Shown piece by piece: positions 37,520 to 47,684 of a DNA stretch of 64,000 nucleotides. This DNA comes from Candidatus Thorarchaeota archaeon. Its GTDB lineage: Archaea > Asgardarchaeota > Thorarchaeia > Thorarchaeales > Thorarchaeaceae. The position numbers were made by a program, and so were the translations under genes. The stretch lies in contig JBHLRS010000003.1 of the NCBI GenBank assembly GCA_048882325.1, positions 82,279-146,278 on the forward strand, in the 5' to 3' direction. The notes under the pieces were generated by a model. That model was not told where the DNA came from. It saw only the letters and a program-made list of their open reading frames with translations, and ran no database searches. Position 1 is the first letter of the stretch. Every line of letters starts with the position of its first letter.

Positions 37520-38854
37520 ATGACCTCCTTAGAATCTACACGAAATATGGCCATCTTCTGGGATGTAGAGAATGTTGCTGATGAATCAGCTACACACAAA
37601 GCTATGACAGAGAAGATACGCCAAGCTGGCAAGGTAACACGTGCATTTGCCTTTGCGGATTGGGATTCTCGTCGTCAGATGGCTGAGGAGCTCTACTCTC
37701 TCGGTTATGATTTGATTCACGTTCCTGACACTAAAGACAACGCTAGTGACTATAAGATGGCTGCATACATTCTGGACCATCTTATGCACTATCCCGAAAC
37801 CAAGCTCTACGTCCTGATTACAGGCGATGGAGATTTCAAACTCATCGCAGGTGCACTCAAGGAACGTGGTGTGGAACTATGGTTAATTAGTAATCCTATA
37901 ATCACTGCATCAGAATTGCCAGACATCGCAACGGTATACAGTGACATATTCTCCTTCAGACCTGCCTTGGATTGTGTTCGTCCTGAAGACTGTGATGAGT
38001 CAGTCCAGAGTATTGTCCAATTGAGGCATCTTGCTGCAGTACAGCTTCAAGAAGTGATTCGAGTAATTACTAAATCAGGCAGCAAGCCAGGAGTAGGGCA
38101 TGCCAAGCATGTGATGCAGTCTCTCAATCCAGACTTTGATGAGGCCTCAATAGGATTTGGCCACTGGAATGATTTCCTGGATTGGTCAGAAGCTCAGAAT
38201 TACATCATTAGAGAAGGTGAGATGCCCGGTACCATTCTTACACTCCCAGATAAGATTGCTCCTGAAACAGTCAAGATGACACAAGAGGTTAATGATGCGT
38301 TTGCGTTCGTGGCTAAGATTGCTGAAGAAGGGCTCAACGATGGGCCACCTTACAATCTCATAGAACTTGGTAACAGGCTAAGTGAACGTGGACTGGAATT
38401 CGATAAAGTTGGTTATAGAAGGTTCTCAGACTTTGTTCTTGCTGCTGAAAAACGCGGTTTGATTCGGATTGTTTCACCAGAGAAGGAAGGAGACCCTCCG
38501 ATTGTACTTCCAGTCTATGATGTAGACCAAATGCAAGATTGGTTCGAGAGGAACGTTGAACGCATATTTGGTCCATCAGTCAATGTTCCCAAAACTTCGT
38601 TTCTAAAGAAGATCAGTCTGATGCTTCTTGAAACCCAGACAACTCTTAGCGAGCTTGAGAACTGTCTGACAATACCCGAAGTTAAGGAAACTTACAATGA
38701 GATACTGACCGCAAGTGAGATTCCCTTCCTTCCACCGTTCCAACAATCATTAGCGCATATTTTGATAGGCAAAGGACTCGCGTGCTCGAACATTGTTGAA
38801 AAGGTCAATGAGGAACTCAGTCCCCTTGGGATTAAACTCCAATGTCCCGAATAA
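37520..38854 (+). CDS. NYN domain ribonuclease with two OST-HTH/LOTUS domains
   Basis: IFWDVEN, KDNASDYKM, LITGDGDF (NYN); PDFDEASIGFGHWNDFL and FDKVGYRRFSDFV (LOTUS); ATG at 37520. Confidence 0.85.
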   Translation: MTSLESTRNMAIFWDVENVADESATHKAMTEKIRQAGKVTRAFAFADWDSRRQMAEELYSLGYDLIHVPDTKDNASDYKMAAYILDHLMHYPETKLYVLITGDGDFKLIAGALKERGVELWLISNPIITASELPDIATVYSDIFSFRPALDCVRPEDCDESVQSIVQLRHLAAVQLQEVIRVITKSGSKPGVGHAKHVMQSLNPDFDEASIGFGHWNDFLDWSEAQNYIIREGEMPGTILTLPDKIAPETVKMTQEVNDAFAFVAKIAEEGLNDGPPYNLIELGNRLSERGLEFDKVGYRRFSDFVLAAEKRGLIRIVSPEKEGDPPIVLPVYDVDQMQDWFERNVERIFGPSVNVPKTSFLKKISLMLLETQTTLSELENCLTIPEVKETYNEILTASEIPFLPPFQQSLAHILIGKGLACSNIVEKVNEELSPLGIKLQCPE

Positions 38855-38895
38855 CAGAAGGGTTATGTATAGCTCCGCATACATAAAATGAGGAC

Positions 38896-39993
38896 GTGAT
38901 TACTATGAATCCATATGAGAAACTTGCACAAGTTCTTGACACCATCCCAAATGGGTACCCACCAGCTGATGATGGTTCACATCTAAAAGTGCTTGAATGG
39001 ATATTCACACCTGAGGAGGCTGCACTTGCTGGTCAGTTGAAACTTAGTGGTGAATCTTTAGATGAGATAAGCACACGATTGAATAGGCCAAAGGATGAAT
39101 TAGAGAAACTCCTTGACGTAATGATTGAGAAGGGTCAGATCAACTCCTGGATGTCCAAGAGTGCAGGTGCTAGGAAATATGGATTGATGCCTTTTGCTGT
39201 TGGTATATATGAGGAACAGCTGAATCGGATGGATGCCGAGTTTGCTCAAATTCTAGAACAATACTTCCAAAATGAAACTGGATTCAAGAGGGTTGTAGCA
39301 ACAGAACCTGTCATATTTCAGGTAGTACCAGTCAATCAAGCAGTAACCACAGAGCTTGAGATTCACAATTTTCAGCAGGCTGAGCAACTAATCGAGTCTG
39401 CTGCCTCCTGGGGTGTAAGAGATTGCATATGCAGAAAACAGAAGTCCCTCATTGACGAGCGTTGTGACTATCCTCTATCAGTCTGTCTGGCTTTTGCTCC
39501 AAATAGAGAAAATGCGTTCGATGATGATGAGCTCACAAAATCGATAACGAAAGAGGAATCTCTCAGACTTCTCAAAGAGGCAGAAGACGCTGGACTTGTT
39601 CATTGTACCTACAATGTCCAATCTGGTCAAACATTCATCTGTAACTGTTGTACCTGTTGTTGTGGTGTATTGAGAGGAGTCGACAAAGTAGCTGAACCCC
39701 GTCAATACATCAAGACCGATTTCGTGATGACAGTCAATGCTGACCTGTGCACTGGATGCGAAACCTGTATTGATCGATGCCAGTTTGGAGCACTCAGTAT
39801 TCCGGAAGACATAGCTGTCGTTAATCCAAAACGTTGTATTGGATGCGGAGTCTGTGCTGTTGTGTGTCCAGAGGGTGCTCTGAAGATTAAACGTGTTGAA
39901 ACTCCAGAGAAACCAGAACAACCAACCAACCAGTTAGATTGGATGACGCAACGCGCCATGTCACGGGGTGTTGACCCATCAGACATAATGTGA
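38896..39993 (+). CDS. 4Fe-4S ferredoxin-domain protein with N-terminal HTH
   Basis: CICR, ICNCCTCCCG, CTGCETCIDRC and CIGCGVCAVVCP. Confidence 0.88.
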   Translation: MITMNPYEKLAQVLDTIPNGYPPADDGSHLKVLEWIFTPEEAALAGQLKLSGESLDEISTRLNRPKDELEKLLDVMIEKGQINSWMSKSAGARKYGLMPFAVGIYEEQLNRMDAEFAQILEQYFQNETGFKRVVATEPVIFQVVPVNQAVTTELEIHNFQQAEQLIESAASWGVRDCICRKQKSLIDERCDYPLSVCLAFAPNRENAFDDDELTKSITKEESLRLLKEAEDAGLVHCTYNVQSGQTFICNCCTCCCGVLRGVDKVAEPRQYIKTDFVMTVNADLCTGCETCIDRCQFGALSIPEDIAVVNPKRCIGCGVCAVVCPEGALKIKRVETPEKPEQPTNQLDWMTQRAMSRGVDPSDIM

Positions 39994-40030
39994 ATGACTA
40001 GTCTTAAGAAGAACCGACTAGAACATCATT

Positions 40031-41026
40031 GTGAAGCTGCATATGACCACTGATACCGATCCAAAGAAACAGAATGAGTCAAGAAAGGGACGAACAAAAC
40101 GATATATTCCCAATCTGGCAGAGTTCTATTTCAAACCATCATTTGACTGGACTAGAAAGGATGCTGAACGCCTTTATAATCGAACTAAATCGCCCTCATC
40201 AAATCTGAAGTTGGATAGTATCAGATTCGAAGACTGCGTCACGGGGATGAAGAATCTCCCTGATGAATCAGTGGACCTGATTGTTGCTGATCCACCTTTT
40301 GGCATTGAATTTGATGGTAAGAGTAGCGTATACAATCGCGATGAGCGTTTGGTGGTTGAAGGATACGAGGAAACAAGTGAGTCCTATCATGCTTTCACGA
40401 TTCGCTGGTTGGCTGAACTACCAAGAATAATGAAATCCGAGTCATCAGCATATGTCTTCAGTGGTTGGACAAACCTTGATGCCATTCTTCAAGGAGCTCG
40501 AGAAGCTGGCTTAGTGACGCTAAACCACTTGATATGGCATTATCCATTTGGCGTCTATACAAAGAAACGATTCGTCACAAGTCATTATCACATCGTACTC
40601 CTTGTCAAAAATCCTAGAACGTATTTCTTCAACAAGATAGAGAACTATCCTGAGGATGTCTGGTCGGTCAAACGTCAGTATCGTACAGGTCAGGCAAAGA
40701 ATGCGACGAAGCTTCCCCTTGAAGTGGTCGCAAGATGTATCGACTTCTCTTCAAAACCTGGTGATATTGTGCTTGATCCCTTCATGGGGAATGGGACAAC
40801 TGCTGTGGCTGCAAAACTGAACTATCGACACTTCATTGGTTTTGAGATAAACGAAAAGCTTCAATCACTGTTAGAGGATGAGATTGCTGCTGCAAAACCA
40901 GGCTCATCTTATGTTCCATACAGTGACCGATTGCCAACGATAGAGGAGCTTGCAGAGTTATATCCAAAAGCCTATCGTGAATACATCCGGAGGGAGAAGG
41001 AACCCTCGTCCAAGAAAAGAGACTGA
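40031..41026 (+). CDS. N4/N6 DNA methyltransferase (beta class)
   Basis: VDLIVADPPF catalytic motif before VLDPFMGNGTT SAM motif. Confidence 0.9.
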   Translation: MKLHMTTDTDPKKQNESRKGRTKRYIPNLAEFYFKPSFDWTRKDAERLYNRTKSPSSNLKLDSIRFEDCVTGMKNLPDESVDLIVADPPFGIEFDGKSSVYNRDERLVVEGYEETSESYHAFTIRWLAELPRIMKSESSAYVFSGWTNLDAILQGAREAGLVTLNHLIWHYPFGVYTKKRFVTSHYHIVLLVKNPRTYFFNKIENYPEDVWSVKRQYRTGQAKNATKLPLEVVARCIDFSSKPGDIVLDPFMGNGTTAVAAKLNYRHFIGFEINEKLQSLLEDEIAAAKPGSSYVPYSDRLPTIEELAELYPKAYREYIRREKEPSSKKRD

Positions 41027-42471
41027 TGCTCATGGATGCAGAGGAGCTATATCAACGACATGGGTCTGAACGTGACCAATTAGCTGATGCAACAAGTGTC
41101 AGTGACCTCTATACCAGACAATATGGTTCTGAGCTAGCACGATGGGAATCTCATCTAATGAAACAATTCCAGGAAAGAGAAACAAACCGCTTATTCAGGT
41201 ATCGTGGGTTTGTTCATCATACGCGTGATTCTTCTCTAATCCTTTTGACTCCAAGCCCGTGGTTAATGGAGGGAGAGTTCATCTTCATTGACAGAGACCA
41301 CGAGTTACCCCCAGATGGGGCGTACATAGATGTCATAGGTTCTCGAATTGCCGCTCCTCGAGTACTTCAAGAATCAAGAACAACAATTCGCGCTATTGCT
41401 TCTGAAAAATGGGATGCACACCCCATTGATTTTCTAAAAGAATTGCAACCCCCCATGAGTCTCAAAGAGCTATCAAACATTCTCTTTGAATATGTAGGAA
41501 TGGCTGAAGCGAGCAAAAGAGTTTTCGCACGACTTTTTGTTTCTAGTCCACCGTATCTAGATAGTATTGGGGGATTGACAACAGGAATTCAAGCAATAGC
41601 AAGGAAAGCTCAGGTTCGTCGGCTACTTTCATTCATAAGAAACGTCATTCCTCCTGCAATGAAGGGTAGACCACCTACCCTGAGGAATGTTCAAGGAATC
41701 AAGGTCCGAGTCCCCCGTATATGGAGATTTGACATTGGATCGTATTCAATCAATAGGATGCAACAACTCTGTGTGCAACGTCAAGACCAAGCAGGATTTA
41801 GAGAGGTTTCTCTTGGTACACTGACTAGTTCGGAAACTGCCTTCCTTCCTGATGTTCCTCTTGCGCTTGCGTCTGAAGACTTCTGGGTTGAACCGGGAAA
41901 CCCCAAGCAACTCCGACTACCAATACTGAAGTCTGCAATAACCTATCAGATGCTCACACCTGAGATTGGGAAAAGGAGTATCGATTCTGGCACTGAACAT
42001 ATATTATCTAGATTAGAAAACCTGCGAGAAAGTTTTGGGTTAGACGAGAAATCTCTTGCACGGGGGAATATACTTGATGCTGACGCTCTTGGAAGACCAC
42101 TCAGCACCCTTCGTTTAGCTCGCTCAACAGCTCGAGCGTATTGGAAAGACAAGGTGACTGCAAAGGACTTGAAGTATGAATGGAACCACGTTCTTGAACC
42201 AGCACTCAAGGAATTCATGGAACTTGCTGAGTTGGACCATGATGCTGAGAAGGCATGGGGACCGGATAGTAGAATTGACAAGTTCAACACTAAGGTATTG
42301 AGAGCGGTCAAGAAACTAGATACTGGAAAACAAGGGTCTCTTGGACCTACTTTGAGTGATATTGCAGAAGAAGCAGGTGTTGAGCGTCATGTAGCTGCAG
42401 AGACCCTTGCACGGATGAAGGACAGTGGAATCCTCTACGAACCACGCCCGGGTCACTACAGGTTAGTATAA
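41026..42471 (+). CDS. Degenerate MCM-like protein (OB-like N-terminus, AAA+ lid helix, C-terminal wHTH)
   Basis: RPLSTLRLARSTARAYWKDKVTAKDL (MCM sensor-2/lid-like), GILYEPRPGHYRLV (MCM-type wHTH); no Walker A/B seen. Confidence 0.6.
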   Translation: MLMDAEELYQRHGSERDQLADATSVSDLYTRQYGSELARWESHLMKQFQERETNRLFRYRGFVHHTRDSSLILLTPSPWLMEGEFIFIDRDHELPPDGAYIDVIGSRIAAPRVLQESRTTIRAIASEKWDAHPIDFLKELQPPMSLKELSNILFEYVGMAEASKRVFARLFVSSPPYLDSIGGLTTGIQAIARKAQVRRLLSFIRNVIPPAMKGRPPTLRNVQGIKVRVPRIWRFDIGSYSINRMQQLCVQRQDQAGFREVSLGTLTSSETAFLPDVPLALASEDFWVEPGNPKQLRLPILKSAITYQMLTPEIGKRSIDSGTEHILSRLENLRESFGLDEKSLARGNILDADALGRPLSTLRLARSTARAYWKDKVTAKDLKYEWNHVLEPALKEFMELAELDHDAEKAWGPDSRIDKFNTKVLRAVKKLDTGKQGSLGPTLSDIAEEAGVERHVAAETLARMKDSGILYEPRPGHYRLV

Positions 42472-42476
42472 TTGAT

Positions 42477-43097
42477 TTATGAGAATGATTTGAAGAACTC
42501 CTGGGGTTCTTGTCCCTCTTCTATTATCTCAATCTCTTGTACCCCAACTCGTTCAGCATCATATCTTCTTGCGAGAATAGTGCCGTCAAATTTCTCACGG
42601 GCTGTGGCGTCTTTACCCCGCCAGACCCAAATATCATCGAAGGTGTCCAAAAGAAATACATCATCGCTCTTTAGAGAGTCTCTGCTGAGGTCAACTTCTG
42701 CAAAGAAGGTTTCGTCACCCTCACGATGAACTCGCCAGAGTTTGTGTTCGTGTGTTTCCATCTGGACTTTCTTCAAGATTCCCTCAGTATCTTCATCTGT
42801 GAGACGGAAGTCATCGAATAGTGCCTTGAAGTCTTCCGGTTCATTTCCTCCCTCAATCCTGTCGATGTCTGCTTTTCCCTCACGGTCAGTATCTCTCATT
42901 ACTGCTGACGCAGCCGTAAGGAATTTTTCATCCACAGTTGAGCTAGGTCCAATCCACAGATAGATCTTCATCCCAGCATCGACAAGATAGCAATCACCTC
43001 GTCCGAATGCACCGGGATCTTTCATCTTCACAAGTCGTCCTTTCTGTATATGGTATACAATTGATTGCGGCATGTTTTCGCCTCTCCTATCAGCCAT
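42477..43097 (-). CDS. Two-domain gelsolin (2DGel)
   Basis: GDCYLVD..IYLWIG..S..DEK and DDVFLLD..IWVWRG..A...EK, each followed by EG.EP..F. Confidence 0.92.
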   Translation of the reverse strand: MADRRGENMPQSIVYHIQKGRLVKMKDPGAFGRGDCYLVDAGMKIYLWIGPSSTVDEKFLTAASAVMRDTDREGKADIDRIEGGNEPEDFKALFDDFRLTDEDTEGILKKVQMETHEHKLWRVHREGDETFFAEVDLSRDSLKSDDVFLLDTFDDIWVWRGKDATAREKFDGTILARRYDAERVGVQEIEIIEEGQEPQEFFKSFS

Positions 43098-43163
43098 AAT
43101 TTAGCATTCATGTATAAATTAAAGTCCGATATAGTGAAGGAATGGTTTCGAGTCCCAAATTAT

Positions 43164-43814
43164 TCAGATAACCAAGCTCAGAGTTACATTGTACCAGTAT
43201 GACCATGGTTGGCTGGGACGATAAAAGTAGAACCAAACAATCATCGGGATTCCAGTGGTCACATCAATGATTGCCTGCCACTTATGAACATCGTACGAGT
43301 CATTCGAGCTATATCCAAAGAAGAAGGAAGTTCTCAGATGCACGGAGAGATATGTTTCATGCTCAATGTGGGACAATCTAATCTGGTTTGGAAACAGATT
43401 GTCCAAGTGGGACCATCCTCCTATTGGAAGCAGACACCTCGAAATATGAGAGTTGATGCCATATCTGAACTCTAAAGGAATAGTTGTTCCATTCGCAAAT
43501 TGAGAGGACGTCTTCTCATAATCTACAATATTGTCAATGAACGAATCCGAGTAGAATACAATGGAAACATTGGGAAGTGACATCACCTCAACATGGATTC
43601 GTGTATTGTTCATCTCCACAAATGGTGGAGGAAGATCGGTAGTCCCGGTGGTTGTTATCCCCGTCACGCTAACGTCATACATGAATTGGTCCCCCTCTTC
43701 AATAGACCAAGAGAATGTCATCGACTCCCGAATGTATTCTGTAAGAAATCCAACTGAAACTGTAATCATGAAAGTGAGAAGGACTGCTGCAACGATTCTT
43801 TGCCGATGATCCAT
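43164..43814 (-). CDS. Membrane-anchored or secreted hypothetical protein
   Basis: N-terminal hydrophobic helix, WSIEEGDQFMY; ATG at 43814 preferred. Confidence 0.6.
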   Translation of the reverse strand: MDHRQRIVAAVLLTFMITVSVGFLTEYIRESMTFSWSIEEGDQFMYDVSVTGITTTGTTDLPPPFVEMNNTRIHVEVMSLPNVSIVFYSDSFIDNIVDYEKTSSQFANGTTIPLEFRYGINSHISRCLLPIGGWSHLDNLFPNQIRLSHIEHETYLSVHLRTSFFFGYSSNDSYDVHKWQAIIDVTTGIPMIVWFYFYRPSQPWSYWYNVTLSLVI

Positions 43815-43932
43815 TTTCCGACACCACTTGCAACTATACTTTTGTAACAAGTCGTGCCTTTTGGTCGTTACGATTACAGAATGGAAAACTATCTATCCTC
43901 AAAGAGGTATGAACATCAGGTTTGGTGAGTAG

Positions 43933-44736
43933 ATGCCAGAATTACCAGAACTGCAGATAATTGCTGAAAGACTGACAAGTCTTCTATCAGGTATGACAAT
44001 AAAGAAGGCAACTGTTCACAACCATATTGTTGTTCATGGTCGACCCGTCGATGAATTTGTTTCAAAATCTATTGGAGAAACCTTCGAGTCCGTGAATGCA
44101 GATGGTAAGTTCCTGATCTTCTCACTAACAGATTTTGATATTGTACTAAATCTCATGTTGACCGGTCGGTTGCGAGTGATACCCCGTTACAAAAAACCCT
44201 CAAGCTATGATATGGTGTCTTTTCAGATCAAGGACATGACACTATGGTATTCGGATGCAAAGAAAATGGGTCGGATTTACCTCGTTGAGAAGGGTGACTA
44301 TTCATCTGTAGCTGATTTTGAGAAACGAGGTCCCTCTGCACTGGACCCTGCTCTTACACTTGATATTTTCAAACAACGGTTGAAGCGTCATAACGGTCAG
44401 ATCAAGAACGTGCTTCGGAATCAACGCTTTGTAAAGGGAATTGGAAACGCCTATGTTGATGAGATTCTGTTGTACGCTGGAATACTCCCATTTCGCAGAC
44501 GATCTACTCTTTCTGATAGAGAAACTAAGAATCTCTATCTTGCGATGCAAAAGGTTCTCAAACGAATTCTGGATATCATGTCTGAACGGTCACTTGATGA
44601 GATATCTATTGAAAAGAGGGACTTCTTGATGGTTCATAATAGGGGTGGAGAGATATGTCCTCTCTGTGGAGGTAGAGTTTCTGAGATTACTGCAAAACGG
44701 TTTAAGACCAACTATTGCCAGACATGCCAGAAGTAA
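43933..44736 (+). CDS. mutM: Fpg/Nei DNA glycosylase
   Basis: MPELPE, GK, LMLTG, GIGNAYVDEIL H2TH, CPLCG...CQTCQ zinc finger. Confidence 0.9.
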   Translation: MPELPELQIIAERLTSLLSGMTIKKATVHNHIVVHGRPVDEFVSKSIGETFESVNADGKFLIFSLTDFDIVLNLMLTGRLRVIPRYKKPSSYDMVSFQIKDMTLWYSDAKKMGRIYLVEKGDYSSVADFEKRGPSALDPALTLDIFKQRLKRHNGQIKNVLRNQRFVKGIGNAYVDEILLYAGILPFRRRSTLSDRETKNLYLAMQKVLKRILDIMSERSLDEISIEKRDFLMVHNRGGEICPLCGGRVSEITAKRFKTNYCQTCQK

Positions 44737-44786
44737 TATGAGTGACCAAAGCTCTACGTTCCTGCACCCTTTGAGAGTGAACTGAC

Positions 44787-45968
44787 ATGGACAAATGGGA
44801 AGAACAGTTCCTTCGTGAGATTGTTGAGCTGGACACCAACAGCGACGAGAAGAAGAACTATGCAGTCTGTGCCGAAATCATCAAGAAGTATTGTCAAGAG
44901 GCCGGACTTGAGGTTGAGGTCTTTGACTCGATGAATGATGGAATACCTCAACCAAATGTCGTTGCAACAATGGATGTTGGAGCAAAAACGACAGTCTTAC
45001 TTTGTACACATTATGATGTGGTACCTGCAGGGGAAACCGATGAATGGAAGAAACCTCCTTTCGAGTTGACTATTGAGAAGGGGAAAGCATACGGTCGTGG
45101 CGTGAGTGACAACAAGGGTAATATTGTTGCCACTGTCAGCTCCGCAAAGGAACTCATCAAGAAGAACTCGTCGAAGGTCAACTGGAAGATACTCATCAGT
45201 CCAAATGAAGAAATAGGTGGAGTATGGGGTATCGACTATCTCATGAATGGACCTCCCAAAATACGGGGTGACTTCGGTATTGTTGTAGACTCCGGTCCTG
45301 AGTATGTCAGCACTGGTGCGAGTGGTGTCATCTCTGGTACAATAACCGTGCGAGGAGTTCAGGGTCATGCTGGTTATCCCTTCAAGTTTGCCAATGCCAT
45401 ACATCTCTCGATTCCGCTGATGCAGGTCATGCTTGACTATGTTGATATCCGACGAAAAGTGACATCTAAACTTCCAGCCCCACCAAGCAGTCCTCATCAG
45501 ACACTCTGGGGTAGATTCTCAATGACGGTCTACAATGCAGGGAGTAAAACAAATACTATCCCTGGAAAGGCTGAAATCTCCTTCGATTGTAGGACTATTC
45601 CTGAAGAGAAAATTGATGAAGTCGTCAAAGACATCGAGGATTTCTTTGAAAAAGCGAAGGACGAAACCTTTGTAGACGCTTCCCTCGAGTTCAAGACAAA
45701 ACACGCTGGATGGGGCTCTGACCCAGAAAATAAGTATGTTCAGTTTTTCCATGAATCCGTTAAAGCGATGGTGGACCCAGACCTTCCAATCTCTGCTGAT
45801 CTTGGAGGAAATGATGGACACTACTTCACTTCTCATGACATACCGACAGTGTGTTATGGAACATTAAGAGATGACAATAACTACCATGGACTTGATGAGT
45901 TCATGCATCTAGAGGACTTTGAGAGGGTCAAAAAGGTCCTCATACATTTTGCGGAGACATGCGAATAA
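44787..45968 (+). CDS. M20 metallohydrolase (ArgE/DapE family)
   Basis: HYDVVP, GRGVSDNKG, NEEIGG, GVQGHAG, YHGLDE. Confidence 0.9.
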   Translation: MDKWEEQFLREIVELDTNSDEKKNYAVCAEIIKKYCQEAGLEVEVFDSMNDGIPQPNVVATMDVGAKTTVLLCTHYDVVPAGETDEWKKPPFELTIEKGKAYGRGVSDNKGNIVATVSSAKELIKKNSSKVNWKILISPNEEIGGVWGIDYLMNGPPKIRGDFGIVVDSGPEYVSTGASGVISGTITVRGVQGHAGYPFKFANAIHLSIPLMQVMLDYVDIRRKVTSKLPAPPSSPHQTLWGRFSMTVYNAGSKTNTIPGKAEISFDCRTIPEEKIDEVVKDIEDFFEKAKDETFVDASLEFKTKHAGWGSDPENKYVQFFHESVKAMVDPDLPISADLGGNDGHYFTSHDIPTVCYGTLRDDNNYHGLDEFMHLEDFERVKKVLIHFAETCE

Positions 45969-47092
45969 TGGCTGATATACATGATATGAAAATAGGGGCC
46001 CCAGGTCCCTTTCTACCCCCCTGGGACAACGCTCTGAGGAATGCAAAGACCATTGATTCCCTAGGCTATGATAGCATGGCATTTCCAGACCACTTTGCTG
46101 GATTTATTCCAGAGGGCATCTGGACACCTGACATCACTCCTTTGGCGACATTTCAACAATCACCTCACACATACTATGAAATGTCTGCGATCATGAGTGC
46201 GTGTGCTGCAGTGACTGAGAATGTACAATTAATATCATCAGTAACCGAGCCGCTCAGGCGTCATCCAATCCTTTTGGCACAGACCTTTCTCACACTGGAC
46301 CACATAAGTAGAGGCCGAACGGTATTAGGTATTGGAGCTGGAGAGATAGAGAATATAGAGCCATATGGACTGAACTACTCTGGGCAAGTTGGTAAACTAC
46401 GAGAGGCTCTTGAGATTATCAGAATGGTTTGGAACACACATGAGCCATTTGATTACGATGGCCGTTACTGGAAACTCAAAGATGCAGTAATGTCACTTAG
46501 ACCTGCAGAGGAGGGGAAACCTCCACCAATCTGGATAGCTGCCATGGGTCCTAAAATGCTCGAATTGACTGCTGAATATGGTGATGGATGGATTCCTACC
46601 AGTCTGACTCCTACTAGCTACGGCGAGCGTCTGAAGGTAATCAATAATCATAGAAAGAAACTTGACAAAACAAATCCCTTCACCACCGCAATTTGGAATT
46701 GGTGCATCTTGGATGAAGACCTGTCAGAATGTGAGAAGATGATGAATACTCCACTTGCCAAAGCCTTCACACTACTCTATCCGGGAGTTGAGTGGAAACG
46801 TCTTGGATATGATCATCCATTTGGAGAAAACTTCCATTCTTTGACTGATTATGTACCTATGAGATTCGATAGAGAAACAACGTTAGCAGCAATGGAAAAA
46901 GTTCCCATAGAAGTCGTTCAAGAGTTCTACATGAATGGAGATACTGAATCGATGATTAAACAGCTCGAGGAATTTGCGAAGCAGGGACTTGAGCATTGCA
47001 TCATGTGGAATGCATCAGGCATGTTTAATCTGGAGAAGGTGAAATCCTCCTATAAGATAATGAAAGAGGTCATTGCCTATGTCAAAGGATAG
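45968..47092 (+). CDS. LLM-class (probably F420-dependent) oxidoreductase
   Basis: PDHF, RHP.LLAQ...TLDHISRGR..LGIGAG, PPIWIAA.GP, DGWIP. Confidence 0.9.
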   Translation: MADIHDMKIGAPGPFLPPWDNALRNAKTIDSLGYDSMAFPDHFAGFIPEGIWTPDITPLATFQQSPHTYYEMSAIMSACAAVTENVQLISSVTEPLRRHPILLAQTFLTLDHISRGRTVLGIGAGEIENIEPYGLNYSGQVGKLREALEIIRMVWNTHEPFDYDGRYWKLKDAVMSLRPAEEGKPPPIWIAAMGPKMLELTAEYGDGWIPTSLTPTSYGERLKVINNHRKKLDKTNPFTTAIWNWCILDEDLSECEKMMNTPLAKAFTLLYPGVEWKRLGYDHPFGENFHSLTDYVPMRFDRETTLAAMEKVPIEVVQEFYMNGDTESMIKQLEEFAKQGLEHCIMWNASGMFNLEKVKSSYKIMKEVIAYVKG

Positions 47093-47651
47093 GCTTGTCC
47101 TTGTAACGCAAAACAAACACAAACTCAAGGAACTAGCACCTCTCTTCCAGAAGTACAATATAGAATTTGATACAACACCTCTTGAGAAACACGAAATCCG
47201 TTCTGAGAACATTGAAGAGATTGCTCGAGTGGCTGCTAAAGTTGCTTTTGAAACACTCCAAAGACCTGTTGTTGTAGATGATACAGGATTCTTTGTTGAC
47301 TCACTAAACGGATTTCCCGGTTCATACGCTGCAATTGTTCTGAAGGCTATTGGATTCAAGGGGATTCTTCAGCTTATGACAGGAGAGGAGGACCGCAAAT
47401 CTAGATTCAAGACCGCAGTTGGGTACTGTGATGGAGAACATCTGATATCATTTGTAGGAACCATGTCTGGAACAGTTTCACAAGAACCAACGGGCAAGGG
47501 TGGATTTGGTTATGATCCCATCTTTGTGCCTGATGGATTTTCTAAAACATATGCAGAACTCACGCTTGACGAAAAGGTGAGTATTTCACATCGGACCAAA
47601 GCGTTTGAGAAATTCCTACAGTGGTATACTTCGACTCTTGACAAGCCTTAA
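47079..47651 (+). CDS. rdgB: Non-canonical purine NTP pyrophosphatase (RdgB/HAM1)
   Basis: TQNKHK, DDTG, GFPG, GFGYDPIF, SHR. Confidence 0.95.
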   Translation: MSKDRLVLVTQNKHKLKELAPLFQKYNIEFDTTPLEKHEIRSENIEEIARVAAKVAFETLQRPVVVDDTGFFVDSLNGFPGSYAAIVLKAIGFKGILQLMTGEEDRKSRFKTAVGYCDGEHLISFVGTMSGTVSQEPTGKGGFGYDPIFVPDGFSKTYAELTLDEKVSISHRTKAFEKFLQWYTSTLDKP

Positions 47652-47684
47652 GACGGAAGAACCTGACCTCTGGACTGGATTAAC

